From positions 32,325 to 64,324 of the forward strand of contig NZ_QXJP01000022.1 of the NCBI RefSeq assembly GCF_004115085.1: DNA of 32,000 nt, in the 5' to 3' direction. The notes beneath the pieces were generated by a model. It was given only the letters and a program-made list of their open reading frames with translations. It did no database searches and was not told the DNA's origin. The stretch comes from Longirhabdus pacifica (GTDB lineage Bacteria; Bacillota; Bacilli; Paenibacillales; DSM-105158). Position 1 is the first letter of the stretch; every line of letters starts with the position of its first letter. Positions 1 to 8,492 of the stretch are shown here, piece after piece. Both the position numbers and the translations under genes were made by a program.

Positions 1-2
1 GA

Positions 3-854
3 AAAAATGCTATTTATCCTGCTACTATAGTAGGGAAGCCGAAACAAGAGGATTATTATCTCGGAGAATTTTTACAGCGATTGTTATCTCCAGCTTTTCC
101 AATGGCTATGCCTGGTGTGAAGGATTTATGGACGTATGCAGAATCTGGATTCCATCCACTCGCAGCAGCTATCGTAAGGGAAAGTTATGCTCGAGAAGCG
201 TTAGGAACAGCGTTTAGAATTTTAGGAGAAGGGCAATTAACGTTAACGAAATTTCTAGTCATTACTGACCAATCTGTTGCATTAGATAATTTCACGCCTT
301 TACTTGAAAAAGTGTTAGAGCGTTTCGATCCTAGAAAAGATTTGTTGATTGTAAATAAAACATCGCATGATACGTTAGATTATACGGGTAAACGTTTAAA
401 TCGCGGTAGTAAAGCAATCTTACTCGGTATCGGTGATCCCGTTCGCACATTGCCAGGTACGTATAACGAGGGAGAATTGACAACGATAGATCAAATAAAA
501 GTGTATTGTAAGGGATGCTTATTAATATCTGGGAAAAGCTATGAAGAAGATCCTACATTACCTGCAAGATTGTTGGAACAAAACAAAGATAAATTGTCTG
601 CATGGCCGATGGTATGCATTGTGGATGATGTGTCACAAATTAAAGATCAAACGTCGTTCTTATGGACGGTATTCACCCGCTTTAACCCTGCGATGGACAT
701 TTATGCTGATTCTAATTTGGTCATGCACCATCTGCAATACACGTTGCCAATCGTTATCGACGCGAGAATGAAACCGGGTTATCCAGATGAGTTATTCCCT
801 AGAGAAGATATTGTGAAAAAAGTCGACGATCGCTGGAAAGAATATTTTGCATAA
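3..854 (+). CDS. UbiD-family decarboxylase, C-terminal part (5' end outside the window); probably the futalosine-pathway-associated decarboxylase
   Basis: The frame of ORF 81..854 stays open back to nt 3 (..YPATIVGKPKQEDYYLGEFLQRLLSPAFPM..), so the TTG at 81 is not the start. The sequence is UbiD-like throughout. It lies next to two MqnC/MqnE-type radical SAM genes. Confidence 0.8.
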   Translation, partial: KNAIYPATIVGKPKQEDYYLGEFLQRLLSPAFPMAMPGVKDLWTYAESGFHPLAAAIVRESYAREALGTAFRILGEGQLTLTKFLVITDQSVALDNFTPLLEKVLERFDPRKDLLIVNKTSHDTLDYTGKRLNRGSKAILLGIGDPVRTLPGTYNEGELTTIDQIKVYCKGCLLISGKSYEEDPTLPARLLEQNKDKLSAWPMVCIVDDVSQIKDQTSFLWTVFTRFNPAMDIYADSNLVMHHLQYTLPIVIDARMKPGYPDELFPREDIVKKVDDRWKEYFA

Positions 855-874
855 GGATATAAAAGGAGTATGTG

Positions 875-1564
875 ATGCTGAAAAGTTTGTTAGGACTAAA
901 GGAACAAGCTTATTGTACTGAGCAAGTTGAGGCAGATCAGAAAATACGGCAGTTTTGCAATACAGTGAAAAAGATGGAGCAGCCTCCGGAAAAATACTAT
1001 CGTTTGGAACTATGGGCAAGCGGATTTACGGATGCATTAAATGAATTGGAACAAAGCATATTTTGCTGTCGAACTTTTGGCGTACACATCCATTCTCATA
1101 CAGAAGCAGCGATGGAAGCAGATGAAAAAACGTATTATCATCGCTACTTGTACTTTTATAAAAACGCTATTATTCGTATTTTTTCTATTCTCGATAAACT
1201 AGGATATTTCATGAATGAGCGCTATGATTTATATACGGAAAAAATCAAGCACCGATTTTCATATTACACGGTATTGCGACATATGGAGAAGCAAAAGAGG
1301 GTAAAGTACTTGTATCAGCAGCTTTATGCTCATAAGGTAGCGAATATAAATACGATGAAAAGATTGCGTAATCAGCGTAATATTGAAATCCACTATATGA
1401 ATTTTGATATGATTAATGATCTCATTCGTAGCAAGCAACAACCGAGCATTCATAATGTCGTGGAGGATATTGAACGAGATGTATCCGAACTGCATGATGC
1501 ATTTAAAATGACGTGTGCTATTTTAATCGATGTGTTCTCCCATGCAAGCAAAGATATGAGATAA
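875..1564 (+). CDS. HEPN-domain protein (Cthe_2314-like family)
   Basis: R-x4-H motif RNIEIH within ..MKRLRNQRNIEIHYMNF.., and a helical, Lys/Glu/Tyr-rich sequence. SD AAAGGAG (862-868) lies 6 nt before ATG 875. The ORF-track GTG at 872 is too close to the SD. Confidence 0.6.
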   Translation: MLKSLLGLKEQAYCTEQVEADQKIRQFCNTVKKMEQPPEKYYRLELWASGFTDALNELEQSIFCCRTFGVHIHSHTEAAMEADEKTYYHRYLYFYKNAIIRIFSILDKLGYFMNERYDLYTEKIKHRFSYYTVLRHMEKQKRVKYLYQQLYAHKVANINTMKRLRNQRNIEIHYMNFDMINDLIRSKQQPSIHNVVEDIERDVSELHDAFKMTCAILIDVFSHASKDMR

Positions 1565-1570
1565 CATTAA

Positions 1571-1601
1571 AGAGGCTGCCTATATTACATAGGCAGCCTC
1601 T
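1571..1601. terminator. Perfect 13-bp hairpin between convergent genes (bidirectional terminator-like)
   Basis: agaggctgcctat (1571-1583) / ataggcagcctct (1589-1601) with a 5-nt loop. It sits between the HEPN gene stop (1564) and the yutI-like stop (1630). The flanking T-runs are short. Confidence 0.6.
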
Positions 1602-1629
1602 TATGATGAATCATTAGCTAGTCAAATCA

Positions 1630-1881
1630 TTAGAATACTTGTTGTACTTCTTCAATACCTTCTACTTCTTCAACTAGTGCTCTTTCTATACCTGCTTTTA
1701 GTGTAATGGTAGAACTAGGGCAGCTTCCGCAAGCACCTACTAATTTCAATTTTACGATACCATCATCTACATCCACTAATTCGCAATCTCCACCGTCTCT
1801 TTGTAAAAAAGGGCGTAGTTTATCTAAAACTTCCATGACCTGGTCATATTGTGTTTTTTGATCAATACTCATTTGCGTCAT
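1630..1881 (-). CDS. yutI: NifU C-terminal-domain (Nfu-type) Fe-S cluster protein, YutI-like
   Basis: ..[48 protein letters not shown].. contains the canonical Nfu CxxC motif and has YutI-like length. Confidence 0.9.
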   Translation of the reverse strand: MTQMSIDQKTQYDQVMEVLDKLRPFLQRDGGDCELVDVDDGIVKLKLVGACGSCPSSTITLKAGIERALVEEVEGIEEVQQVF

Positions 1882-2004
1882 CTCCTTCCTTGTATTATTA
1901 TATTACAATATATCATAAATTAAAATGGTTATCATTTTGAAATAAGAATACTTCTCATTGGCTAGGACTACAAAAAATTTCAAAACAAAGGTTGTGTCAC
2001 ATAG

Positions 2005-2268
2005 ATGAGAGCAATAATCGAATTTTGCAGCAACAACTTCCATCATGGAACAGATAAAGTGATGGAAAAGTTAGAGGGAAATCCTGAAATCGATACGATC
2101 GAATACGGTTGTTTGGATCAATGTGGTCAGTGTAGTTTAGAGCCATTTGCATTAGTAGACGGAAAAGTAATTAGGGCCGCTACAGCAGATGAACTGTATG
2201 AAAAAATCATGACCGCCATTGAAGAAACAAGTGATGTATCTTCTCCTTTCGATGAACTTCTCGATTAA
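2005..2268 (+). CDS. yuzB: YuzB-like small Cys-rich protein (DUF1450/UPF0349)
   Basis: MRAIIEFCSNN..YGCLDQCGQCSLEPFALVDG.. matches the DUF1450 pattern. It is syntenic with yutJ/yutI-like neighbours as in Bacillus. Confidence 0.85.
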   Translation: MRAIIEFCSNNFHHGTDKVMEKLEGNPEIDTIEYGCLDQCGQCSLEPFALVDGKVIRAATADELYEKIMTAIEETSDVSSPFDELLD

Positions 2269-2269
2269 T

Positions 2270-3334
2270 TTACCCAAAGTGGCGTTTGGACATCCAAAGC
2301 ACGCCACTTTTTAATAAACGTGGCACTTTCCCTATCATGACGGTTTTCTTGCCCATCATACCGAAACCGGATTTTTTTCCTAAGGAACCGAGAACACCTT
2401 TTAATTTAATTTGTCCTAGTGTAGGCGTTTCGTTTTTCCATAACGCTCGCAGCACTTCTACTACTTGTTTTCCTTGTGCTTCAGCTAGCTGAGCGCTTGG
2501 AGCAAAACTGGAACTTGCACAGTCACCAATGATATACGTATCGTCATGTTCAGGAAGTTGGTGGAATTCATTGGTTAAAATACGACCAGTGGGGTCTTTA
2601 GGGAAATTCATTTTCTGCACGACTGCAACGGGTTGAATGCCGGCAGTCCATACTGTTAAATGTGTGCTGATTTCTTGATCTTTATTCAATAGGCCATCTT
2701 CATACACTTCGGAAATGGAAGCATGAGAGATGATTTCTACCTCATTTTTTATAAACCATTCTGCGACATATTTTTGTAGTTTTTTAGGAAATGGGGATAG
2801 AACACAGGAACCACGGTCCATAATACGAACATTTAGGTCTGGGCGTCCTTCACGTAATTCTGCTGCAATCTCTACACCACTTAATCCCCCTCCTACGACC
2901 GTTACTTGACTATGGGGACAAAGGTTATTTATTTTTGTGTATGTTTCTCTGGCAGAGTATAAAGATTGAATGCTGCATGTATGCATATCTGCTCCGGGGA
3001 TTTGATGGTATTTATCTGTACAACCTAAGGCAATAATCAAAATGTCATAGGACAATGCTTCGCCATCTTCAAAAAGAATGGATTTTTGTTGAACATTAAT
3101 CTCATGCACTTCTCCATAATGTATGTTTAATTCTGAGAAGCTAGGAAATGCATTTCTAATTTCTACATCGGAAACCGTTCCACTTGCTAGTGCATAATAT
3201 TCTGTTTTCAGGCCTTGGAATGGCATACGATCCACAAGCGTCACTTGATAATCATCTGGGATGTAACCGTCAAAAAGCTCGTTAATGACCGTTACTCCAC
3301 CATAACCTCCACCTAATACAATGATGTTCTTCAT
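2270..3334 (-). CDS. yutJ: FAD/NAD(P)-dependent pyridine-nucleotide-disulfide oxidoreductase, type-II NADH dehydrogenase-like (YutJ-like)
   Basis: N-terminal Rossmann MKNIIVLGGGYGGV, second dinucleotide fold VTVVGGGLSGVE, and C-terminal IGDCA motif. I place the start at ATG 3334 (SD AGGAAGG 9 nt upstream) rather than the ORF-track start at 3385. Confidence 0.85.
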   Translation of the reverse strand: MKNIIVLGGGYGGVTVINELFDGYIPDDYQVTLVDRMPFQGLKTEYYALASGTVSDVEIRNAFPSFSELNIHYGEVHEINVQQKSILFEDGEALSYDILIIALGCTDKYHQIPGADMHTCSIQSLYSARETYTKINNLCPHSQVTVVGGGLSGVEIAAELREGRPDLNVRIMDRGSCVLSPFPKKLQKYVAEWFIKNEVEIISHASISEVYEDGLLNKDQEISTHLTVWTAGIQPVAVVQKMNFPKDPTGRILTNEFHQLPEHDDTYIIGDCASSSFAPSAQLAEAQGKQVVEVLRALWKNETPTLGQIKLKGVLGSLGKKSGFGMMGKKTVMIGKVPRLLKSGVLWMSKRHFG

Positions 3335-3515
3335 CTCTCCAATCCTTCCTGTACATACTGTATAGACTGAAATAAACGATTTCAATCTATTTGTTTATCC
3401 ATTAGTATTCATAATTTTTACTGAATGGATGAAGAAACGTGATACGTTATGCTATTTACTATGAAGCAAGCTAGCAAACGTACACCATTTCTCCATCTTG
3501 TTCTCATTGATAACG

Positions 3516-4616
3516 TTAGTACACTTTGATGGTATTGTAGAATGTATCGCGTTCAATTGCTTTCTTATTGGCACCTTGAATTAACCAAACTAACTCGTCT
3601 CTTGTTAGTCCTTCTTGTGTTAAAGCACCTGCTGCATGACTAATACGCTCTTTAATTAGCGTACCATGTACATCAGAAGCTCCAAATGTAAGTGCCATTT
3701 GAGTTAACTGTGTACCAATATTAATGAAATAAGCTTTAATATGGTCGAAGTTATCCAGCATCAGACGGCTAATCGCTATCGTCTTCATATCTTGAATTGC
3801 ATAACTTCTACGCTTAATACCTGCAGACTTTTTAATGGGCTGTGCTGCAAGCGGAATAAACACCATAAATCCGTTTGTTTCATCTTGTACTTCTCTAAGT
3901 TTGATCATATGTTGCAAACGATCTTCCAGTGATTCAATCAGTCCATACAACATCGTTGCATGTGTTTTCATTCCTAATTGATGTGCTGTTTTATGCACTT
4001 CCGTCCATTGATCAGAGCTTGCCTTTGTCACGTTCATTTTTTTACGATAACGATCGGATAAAATTTCTGCTCCACCACCAGGTAACGTTTGCAAACCAGC
4101 ATCTTGTAATTCTTTCAGCACTTCTATCGTACTTTTAGCGCTAAGACGAGTAAAAAATTCGATTTCAGCTGCGGTATATGCTTTTATCGTTACATTGGGA
4201 AAGTGTTCTTTTAACGCTCTTATTGATTCCACATAATAAGAAAAAGGTACGGTATTGTTGTGACCTTGTGCGATATGGAACTCTCTTATCCCTTCATGAT
4301 AATGCTGATTGACGTAAGCAATCATTTCTTCAGGTGTTAACGTATATGCTCCTTCTTCACCTGGTTTACGTTTGAAATTACAAAAAGCACAATTATCTTC
4401 ACATACGTTCGTAAAATATAAAGTCATGTTTTCTATAAAATAAACGTTATTATCGTTTTTTCTTCTATTCATTTCATTTGCTAATTGTCCAATCGTCAAA
4501 AGATCATCACTTTCGTAAAGAAACATGCCTTCTTCTAGTGACAGTCTTTCTCCGGCAAGTACTTTGTCTACGATGGATTGCATTTTTAAGTTTTCTTGCA
4601 ATATATGAACCGCCAT
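3516..4616 (-). CDS. Radical SAM enzyme of the MqnC/MqnE (CofH-like) family, futalosine menaquinone pathway; paralogue A
   Basis: CEDNCAFC cluster motif (CxxxCxxC), GGGAEIL, LREVQDETNGF, ~366 aa. SD GGAGGA lies upstream of ATG 4616. I cannot safely say by eye whether this copy is MqnC or MqnE. Confidence 0.8.
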   Translation of the reverse strand: MAVHILQENLKMQSIVDKVLAGERLSLEEGMFLYESDDLLTIGQLANEMNRRKNDNNVYFIENMTLYFTNVCEDNCAFCNFKRKPGEEGAYTLTPEEMIAYVNQHYHEGIREFHIAQGHNNTVPFSYYVESIRALKEHFPNVTIKAYTAAEIEFFTRLSAKSTIEVLKELQDAGLQTLPGGGAEILSDRYRKKMNVTKASSDQWTEVHKTAHQLGMKTHATMLYGLIESLEDRLQHMIKLREVQDETNGFMVFIPLAAQPIKKSAGIKRRSYAIQDMKTIAISRLMLDNFDHIKAYFINIGTQLTQMALTFGASDVHGTLIKERISHAAGALTQEGLTRDELVWLIQGANKKAIERDTFYNTIKVY

Positions 4617-4717
4617 ACTTTATCCTCCAGACGTTAGTTAATAAGCTGTTATTGCTTTAGGCTATTCATGTTAAATGGATATTCCATTACATTGATATCA
4701 TCGTTACTGACATCACG

Positions 4718-5827
4718 TTAATATGTCTTGATTTTGCGGTACAGTGTATCTCTTTCAACAGGTTGTCGTCCTGTTTCTTTGATCATGTCGATGAACGTAG
4801 CAGCAGGAACCATATGTTTAGATTTGCTTCCAGCGGCATGAATGATTTGCTCTTCCATTACGGTTCCATCTAAATCATCTACACCAAAACTTAATGAAAC
4901 TTGTGCCATTTTAAGCCCAATCATCATCCAAAAAGCACGAATGTGAGGGAAATTATCCAACATAAGGCGTGCTACAGCAAGTAATTTCAAATCGTATACA
5001 CCCGTTGTATCTCTCGTTAACTTGTACTCTTCTGCTAGTTTTGTGTTAGCAGGATGAAAAGAGAATGGGAAGAAAGCTTGAAATCCATTCGTTTCATCTT
5101 GCAATTCTCGCAAACGAATAAAATGATCAATCACATGTTCAGGAGATTCGATGTGACCATATAAGATAGACGCATTCGATTTCATCCCCATGTCATGGGT
5201 AATACGATGAATTTGGAACCAACGATCAGAGTCTGTTTTATGGCCTGAAATAATTTTTCGAATTTCAGGATCAAAAATTTCCGCTCCTCCTCCGAGAATG
5301 GAACCAAGACCTGCCTCATGCAATCTGGTGATTGCATCTTCAATCGATAATTTAGCTACTCGAGCAATGTAATCGAGCTCAACAGCAGTAAAAGCTTGAA
5401 TGTGAATATGCGGTAAGTGCTTCTTAATGATTCGCATCATATCTTCATAATAGGAAAAAGGAAGTTTTGCATTCACACCACCTACAATGTGTATTTCAGC
5501 AAAGTCTTTCGAAACCATATCTTTTACTTTTTCCTCAATCTGTTCTAGTGACAAGGTGTATGCGTTAGGGTTATCCGCTTTTAATCCAAAAGCACATAAC
5601 TTACAATCTAAATAGCATACATTCGTATAATTGAGATGGGTATTAACGATAAAATATACATTATCCCCATGCATTTTTTGTCGAACCATGTCGGCCATTT
5701 GCCCGATTTCAAGTAGCTGATTCGACTTTAATAACGTTACACCGTCTTCAAATGTTAGGCGCTCCCCTTGGAGTACCTTTTGTTTAATTGAATCTAAAGA
5801 ACTTTTCGCAACATGGACACTCATCAT
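4718..5827 (-). CDS. Radical SAM enzyme of the MqnC/MqnE (CofH-like) family, futalosine menaquinone pathway; paralogue B
   Basis: CYLDCKLC cluster motif, GGGAEIF, YGHIES, LRELQDETNGF, ~369 aa. It aligns colinearly with paralogue A. Confidence 0.8.
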   Translation of the reverse strand: MMSVHVAKSSLDSIKQKVLQGERLTFEDGVTLLKSNQLLEIGQMADMVRQKMHGDNVYFIVNTHLNYTNVCYLDCKLCAFGLKADNPNAYTLSLEQIEEKVKDMVSKDFAEIHIVGGVNAKLPFSYYEDMMRIIKKHLPHIHIQAFTAVELDYIARVAKLSIEDAITRLHEAGLGSILGGGAEIFDPEIRKIISGHKTDSDRWFQIHRITHDMGMKSNASILYGHIESPEHVIDHFIRLRELQDETNGFQAFFPFSFHPANTKLAEEYKLTRDTTGVYDLKLLAVARLMLDNFPHIRAFWMMIGLKMAQVSLSFGVDDLDGTVMEEQIIHAAGSKSKHMVPAATFIDMIKETGRQPVERDTLYRKIKTY

Positions 5828-6231
5828 ATGATTCTCCTTTACGGATTTACGATATCTACATCAACTTCAATATCCATCGAAGATATATAAATAAAATATA
5901 CAATAGGTTAATAACATAAACGTAACCCAACCTAATATAAGATGAGAAAACATTTTCACACCAATGTACGACTGTACTACTAGTCGTGATCAATAAAGGG
6001 TATAATGTTTGGCATCTTCTTGACATGAATCTTGACATGAAAATATAAAATATGACAAATTCATATATAAATTATGAATAAACCATGAATTCGGTTTTGT
6101 ACTATATAATATTATAAACCTCCATATGAAAGGGAGCAATAAAAACATATTGGACACTGCATAAAGTTTTTACGTCTCTTGAGTAAGTGTGCTTTTCCTT
6201 GGTATAATAAAAGTGGAAAGGAGGAGTTTGA

Positions 6232-6591
6232 ATGATTCAAATTTCTATATCGGATCAAGCCGTAAAGCAAATAAGCGACATGTTAGCAGAAGAGGAACAT
6301 AGCAACATGTTTTTGCGCTTAGGTGTAAATGAAGGTGGTTGCAGCGGTTTTTCTTATAGCCTTGGTTTTGACAATGAGCAAAGCGATGAAGATCTTGAAC
6401 TTGAAATCAACGGACTTAAAGTGGTCATGGATGAAAAAAGTTCACCGTTAATCAACGGGCTAAGTATTGATTATAAGCAATCTGCCATGGGTGGAGGCTT
6501 TACTGTTGAAAATCCAAATGCGACCGCAACATGTGGTTGTGGAAGTTCATTTAGAACAGCAACAGAAGCAGGTAAACCAGAAGAATGTTAA
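6232..6591 (+). CDS. sufA: IscA/HesB-family Fe-S cluster carrier (SufA/YutM-like)
   Basis: ..GGCSGFSY.. and the C-terminal CGCGSSF motif, ending GKPEEC as in Bacillus YutM/SufA. SD GGAAAGGAGGAG lies upstream. Confidence 0.9.
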   Translation: MIQISISDQAVKQISDMLAEEEHSNMFLRLGVNEGGCSGFSYSLGFDNEQSDEDLELEINGLKVVMDEKSSPLINGLSIDYKQSAMGGGFTVENPNATATCGCGSSFRTATEAGKPEEC

Positions 6592-6613
6592 ATGGATTTA
6601 TATAGATGGGATG

Positions 6614-6645
6614 ATCGGGTGAATATTCACCTGATTATTTTTTTC
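6614..6645 (+). terminator. Intrinsic terminator of the sufA-like gene
   Basis: atcgggtga / tcacctgat 9-bp stem (one G-T pair), 4-nt loop, followed by tattttttt. Confidence 0.75.
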
Positions 6646-6875
6646 TTACCTACACTGACAAGTTCTGAGCCGTTTTAAATTGGTAAAGGGATACATAAAA
6701 TGAAAATTATCTAAATTTTCTTACAAATATAATGATTGAAAACACAATGAAGTGGACGTATAATTAGTAAGTGACACGGTATTTCATTCCAAATTGTACA
6801 ATAATTTATTGCGTATTACTTCGTTACAACACATTTTATTGATCTGGTGTAAAATTTTATTAAGGAGCGATGAGG

Positions 6876-7220
6876 ATGAACAAACAATCTATGTTAGACA
6901 GCATGCTACAAGAGGTACCTTCAAAGCGTATGAAAAAACATATTCAGCTAATTACGGATAGCGTAGATAACTTTTATAAAACGATAAATTATAGTTGGCA
7001 TCAACATGTGGATGATAACAATCGCTATTACCTTGCAATGATTGTAACCGATGTAAGGGAGGCATTCTCTCAATTTCACTTTTACTATATGGATTGTGTG
7101 GATCAAAAATATGATGAGTACTCTTATATTTCGATGTCCGTAGAAGATGTGGAAAATTTAATTTTTTGCTCTAAAGAACTATTCACCATGTTTCAACAAC
7201 AAAATGTTATAAATAATTAG
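6876..7220 (+). CDS. Hypothetical protein (114-116 aa), no recognisable domain
   Basis: ORF 6870..7220. SD AAGGAG (6862-6867) is 8 nt before the second ATG (6876) and only 2 nt before the first. Confidence 0.5.
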   Translation: MNKQSMLDSMLQEVPSKRMKKHIQLITDSVDNFYKTINYSWHQHVDDNNRYYLAMIVTDVREAFSQFHFYYMDCVDQKYDEYSYISMSVEDVENLIFCSKELFTMFQQQNVINN

Positions 7221-7385
7221 ATAAAATAAAAAAGATAAATAATAATAAATATTAATGGTTATTTATACACCTTAGATAAACTATATTTAAAGATAATAAA
7301 TAATTATTTTCATTAAGCAGCCAAATCTATGTGCTGTTTTCTTCTTTAAGTTTAAAATAAACAATGAATGAATATCCGTCTAGTG

Positions 7386-7515
7386 TATATTTCATTTACT
7401 TTCTATTCTTTACTATCTCATCTATAATTTATATTTATTACTATATATTTTTCCCTACCTACTATCAAATATCTACTTTTTTCTAACTACTCACAACTAC
7501 CTACTCATAACTACC
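7386..7515. other. 130-nt completely G-free (top strand) pyrimidine/A tract inside a ~570-bp ORF-free spacer
   Basis: Direct count finds no G between 7386 and 7515. The tract has many CTAC/TACT motifs. A 12-nt direct repeat ttctttactatc occurs at 7406-7417 and 7607-7618, and ttacgaagct occurs at 7549-7558 and 7578-7587. Confidence 0.7.
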
Positions 7516-7723
7516 GCTCATATTTGACTACGCTTACCTGCCTATCCATTACGAAGCTAACTTCCGTCAGCTCCCTTTTACGAAGCTCCCTGTAAACTAC
7601 CCTCTGTTCTTTACTATCCATTGGAATTATTGTTTTTTTCATTGAACTTTTTATGTTACATTATTTCATCTAGAACTTCATGTCCAGTATTTTATTACAT
7701 ATTGTGCTCATTTCAGGATTTTA

Positions 7724-7769
7724 TTGACTGGAAAAAAATTATGAGGTAGTATATTAGAACAAATGTTCT
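7724..7769 (+). promoter_or_regulatory. Sigma-A-type promoter with overlapping LexA (Cheo) box
   Basis: TTGACT (7724-7729), 17 nt, TAGTAT (7747-7752). It is followed by aGAACaaatGTTCt (7756-7769), a perfect GAAC-N4-GTTC core of the Bacillus LexA operator, 25 nt upstream of ORF 7794. Confidence 0.7.
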
Positions 7770-7793
7770 TATTTTGTTTGTAAACCATAAGGG

Positions 7794-8303
7794 GTGAAGT
7801 ATATTATAGTATTAAGTGAACTGTCGGAGTTAATAGCAAAGTTAGAGCGTTGCTTGCGAAAAAACCAACCTTTTGTATATGATGATGTGCATTTTAGTTT
7901 AGAAGATCGGGAACAAAGAATAAAGTGCATTACCTATATTTTAAAAGATGTAGATCAAGAAGTTTGCGGAAGTGAGTATCATCTTTGGGTAGAGAAGTTA
8001 TCGGATCTTATTTTATATGAAGAATTAACAGACCATCATCCATATAAATCGTTTTATGCTGAATATCCTGTATTAAGTAAGTGGCAAATCAGCTCTCGTA
8101 AAGATAGGGAATACAATATTGTATTAGCTTACAATATAGATATGAACAAGCAAAAATGCTGCGATCCTGTCAGGAGAAAACGAACAGCAAAAGAAGAGTG
8201 GGTTCGTGAGGTGAACGACCAGAAAAAACTAAGGGAACAAAATGCATACTATAAACAGCAATCACAAGATAGTGAAGTTGAAAGTTTTATCATTTATAGC
8301 TAA
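7794..8303 (+). CDS. Hypothetical 169-aa protein, first gene of the island, predicted SOS-controlled
   Basis: ORF with its own promoter/LexA box and its own terminator. No recognisable domain; the C-terminus is basic (..RRKRTAKEEW..). The start is uncertain because GTG 7794 overlaps the only SD-like AAGGGG. Confidence 0.55.
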   Translation: MKYIIVLSELSELIAKLERCLRKNQPFVYDDVHFSLEDREQRIKCITYILKDVDQEVCGSEYHLWVEKLSDLILYEELTDHHPYKSFYAEYPVLSKWQISSRKDREYNIVLAYNIDMNKQKCCDPVRRKRTAKEEWVREVNDQKKLREQNAYYKQQSQDSEVESFIIYS

Positions 8304-8333
8304 TTCCACGTCAACGAACGTGGAATTTTTTTA
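8302..8333 (+). terminator. Intrinsic terminator of ORF 7794..8303
   Basis: aattccacg (8302-8310) / cgtggaatt (8319-8327), a perfect 9-bp stem with an 8-nt loop, then a T-run. Confidence 0.8.
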
Positions 8334-8364
8334 TGATTCTAACCCATTGTATCCAAAAAAAGTA

Positions 8365-8421
8365 TTGACGAAAGAAACAAATGGAATTAAAATGAGAACA
8401 AATGTTCCGAACAAGTGTTCT
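8365..8421 (+). promoter_or_regulatory. Sigma-A-type promoter followed by two tandem LexA (Cheo) boxes
   Basis: TTGACG (8365-8370), 17 nt, TAAAAT (8388-8393). Then aGAACaaatGTTCc (8395-8408) and cGAACaagtGTTCt (8408-8421), back to back over the expected +1 region. Confidence 0.8.
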
Positions 8422-8492
8422 TTCAAACCAATACAAGTTTAAATGTAAAATCAATAAAAATAAAAACTATTATAAAAATGAGGAGACATGCT

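Noticed and set aside
3335-3385. 17-aa N-terminal extension of the YutJ-like oxidoreductase
   Set aside because: The Rossmann fold GxGxxG normally starts within a few residues of the N-terminus. ATG 3334 has a well-spaced SD, whereas the upstream ATG does not.
5856-6038. 60-aa minus-strand ORF in the mqn/sufA divergent intergenic region
   Set aside because: It lies in an AT-rich promoter region (with duplicated cttgacatgaa containing TTGACA), has no SD, and the peptide has no recognisable features.
8242-8442. 66-aa ORF overlapping the end of ORF 7794..8303
   Set aside because: It runs through the intrinsic terminator (8302-8333), the promoter and the LexA boxes. It has no SD and is better explained as a non-coding regulatory spacer.
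8415-8492. N-terminal 26-aa extension of the sigma-like activator ORF (GTG 8415)
   Set aside because: The GTG is part of the second LexA box, immediately after the -10 element. A good SD (AGGAGA) precedes ATG 8493.
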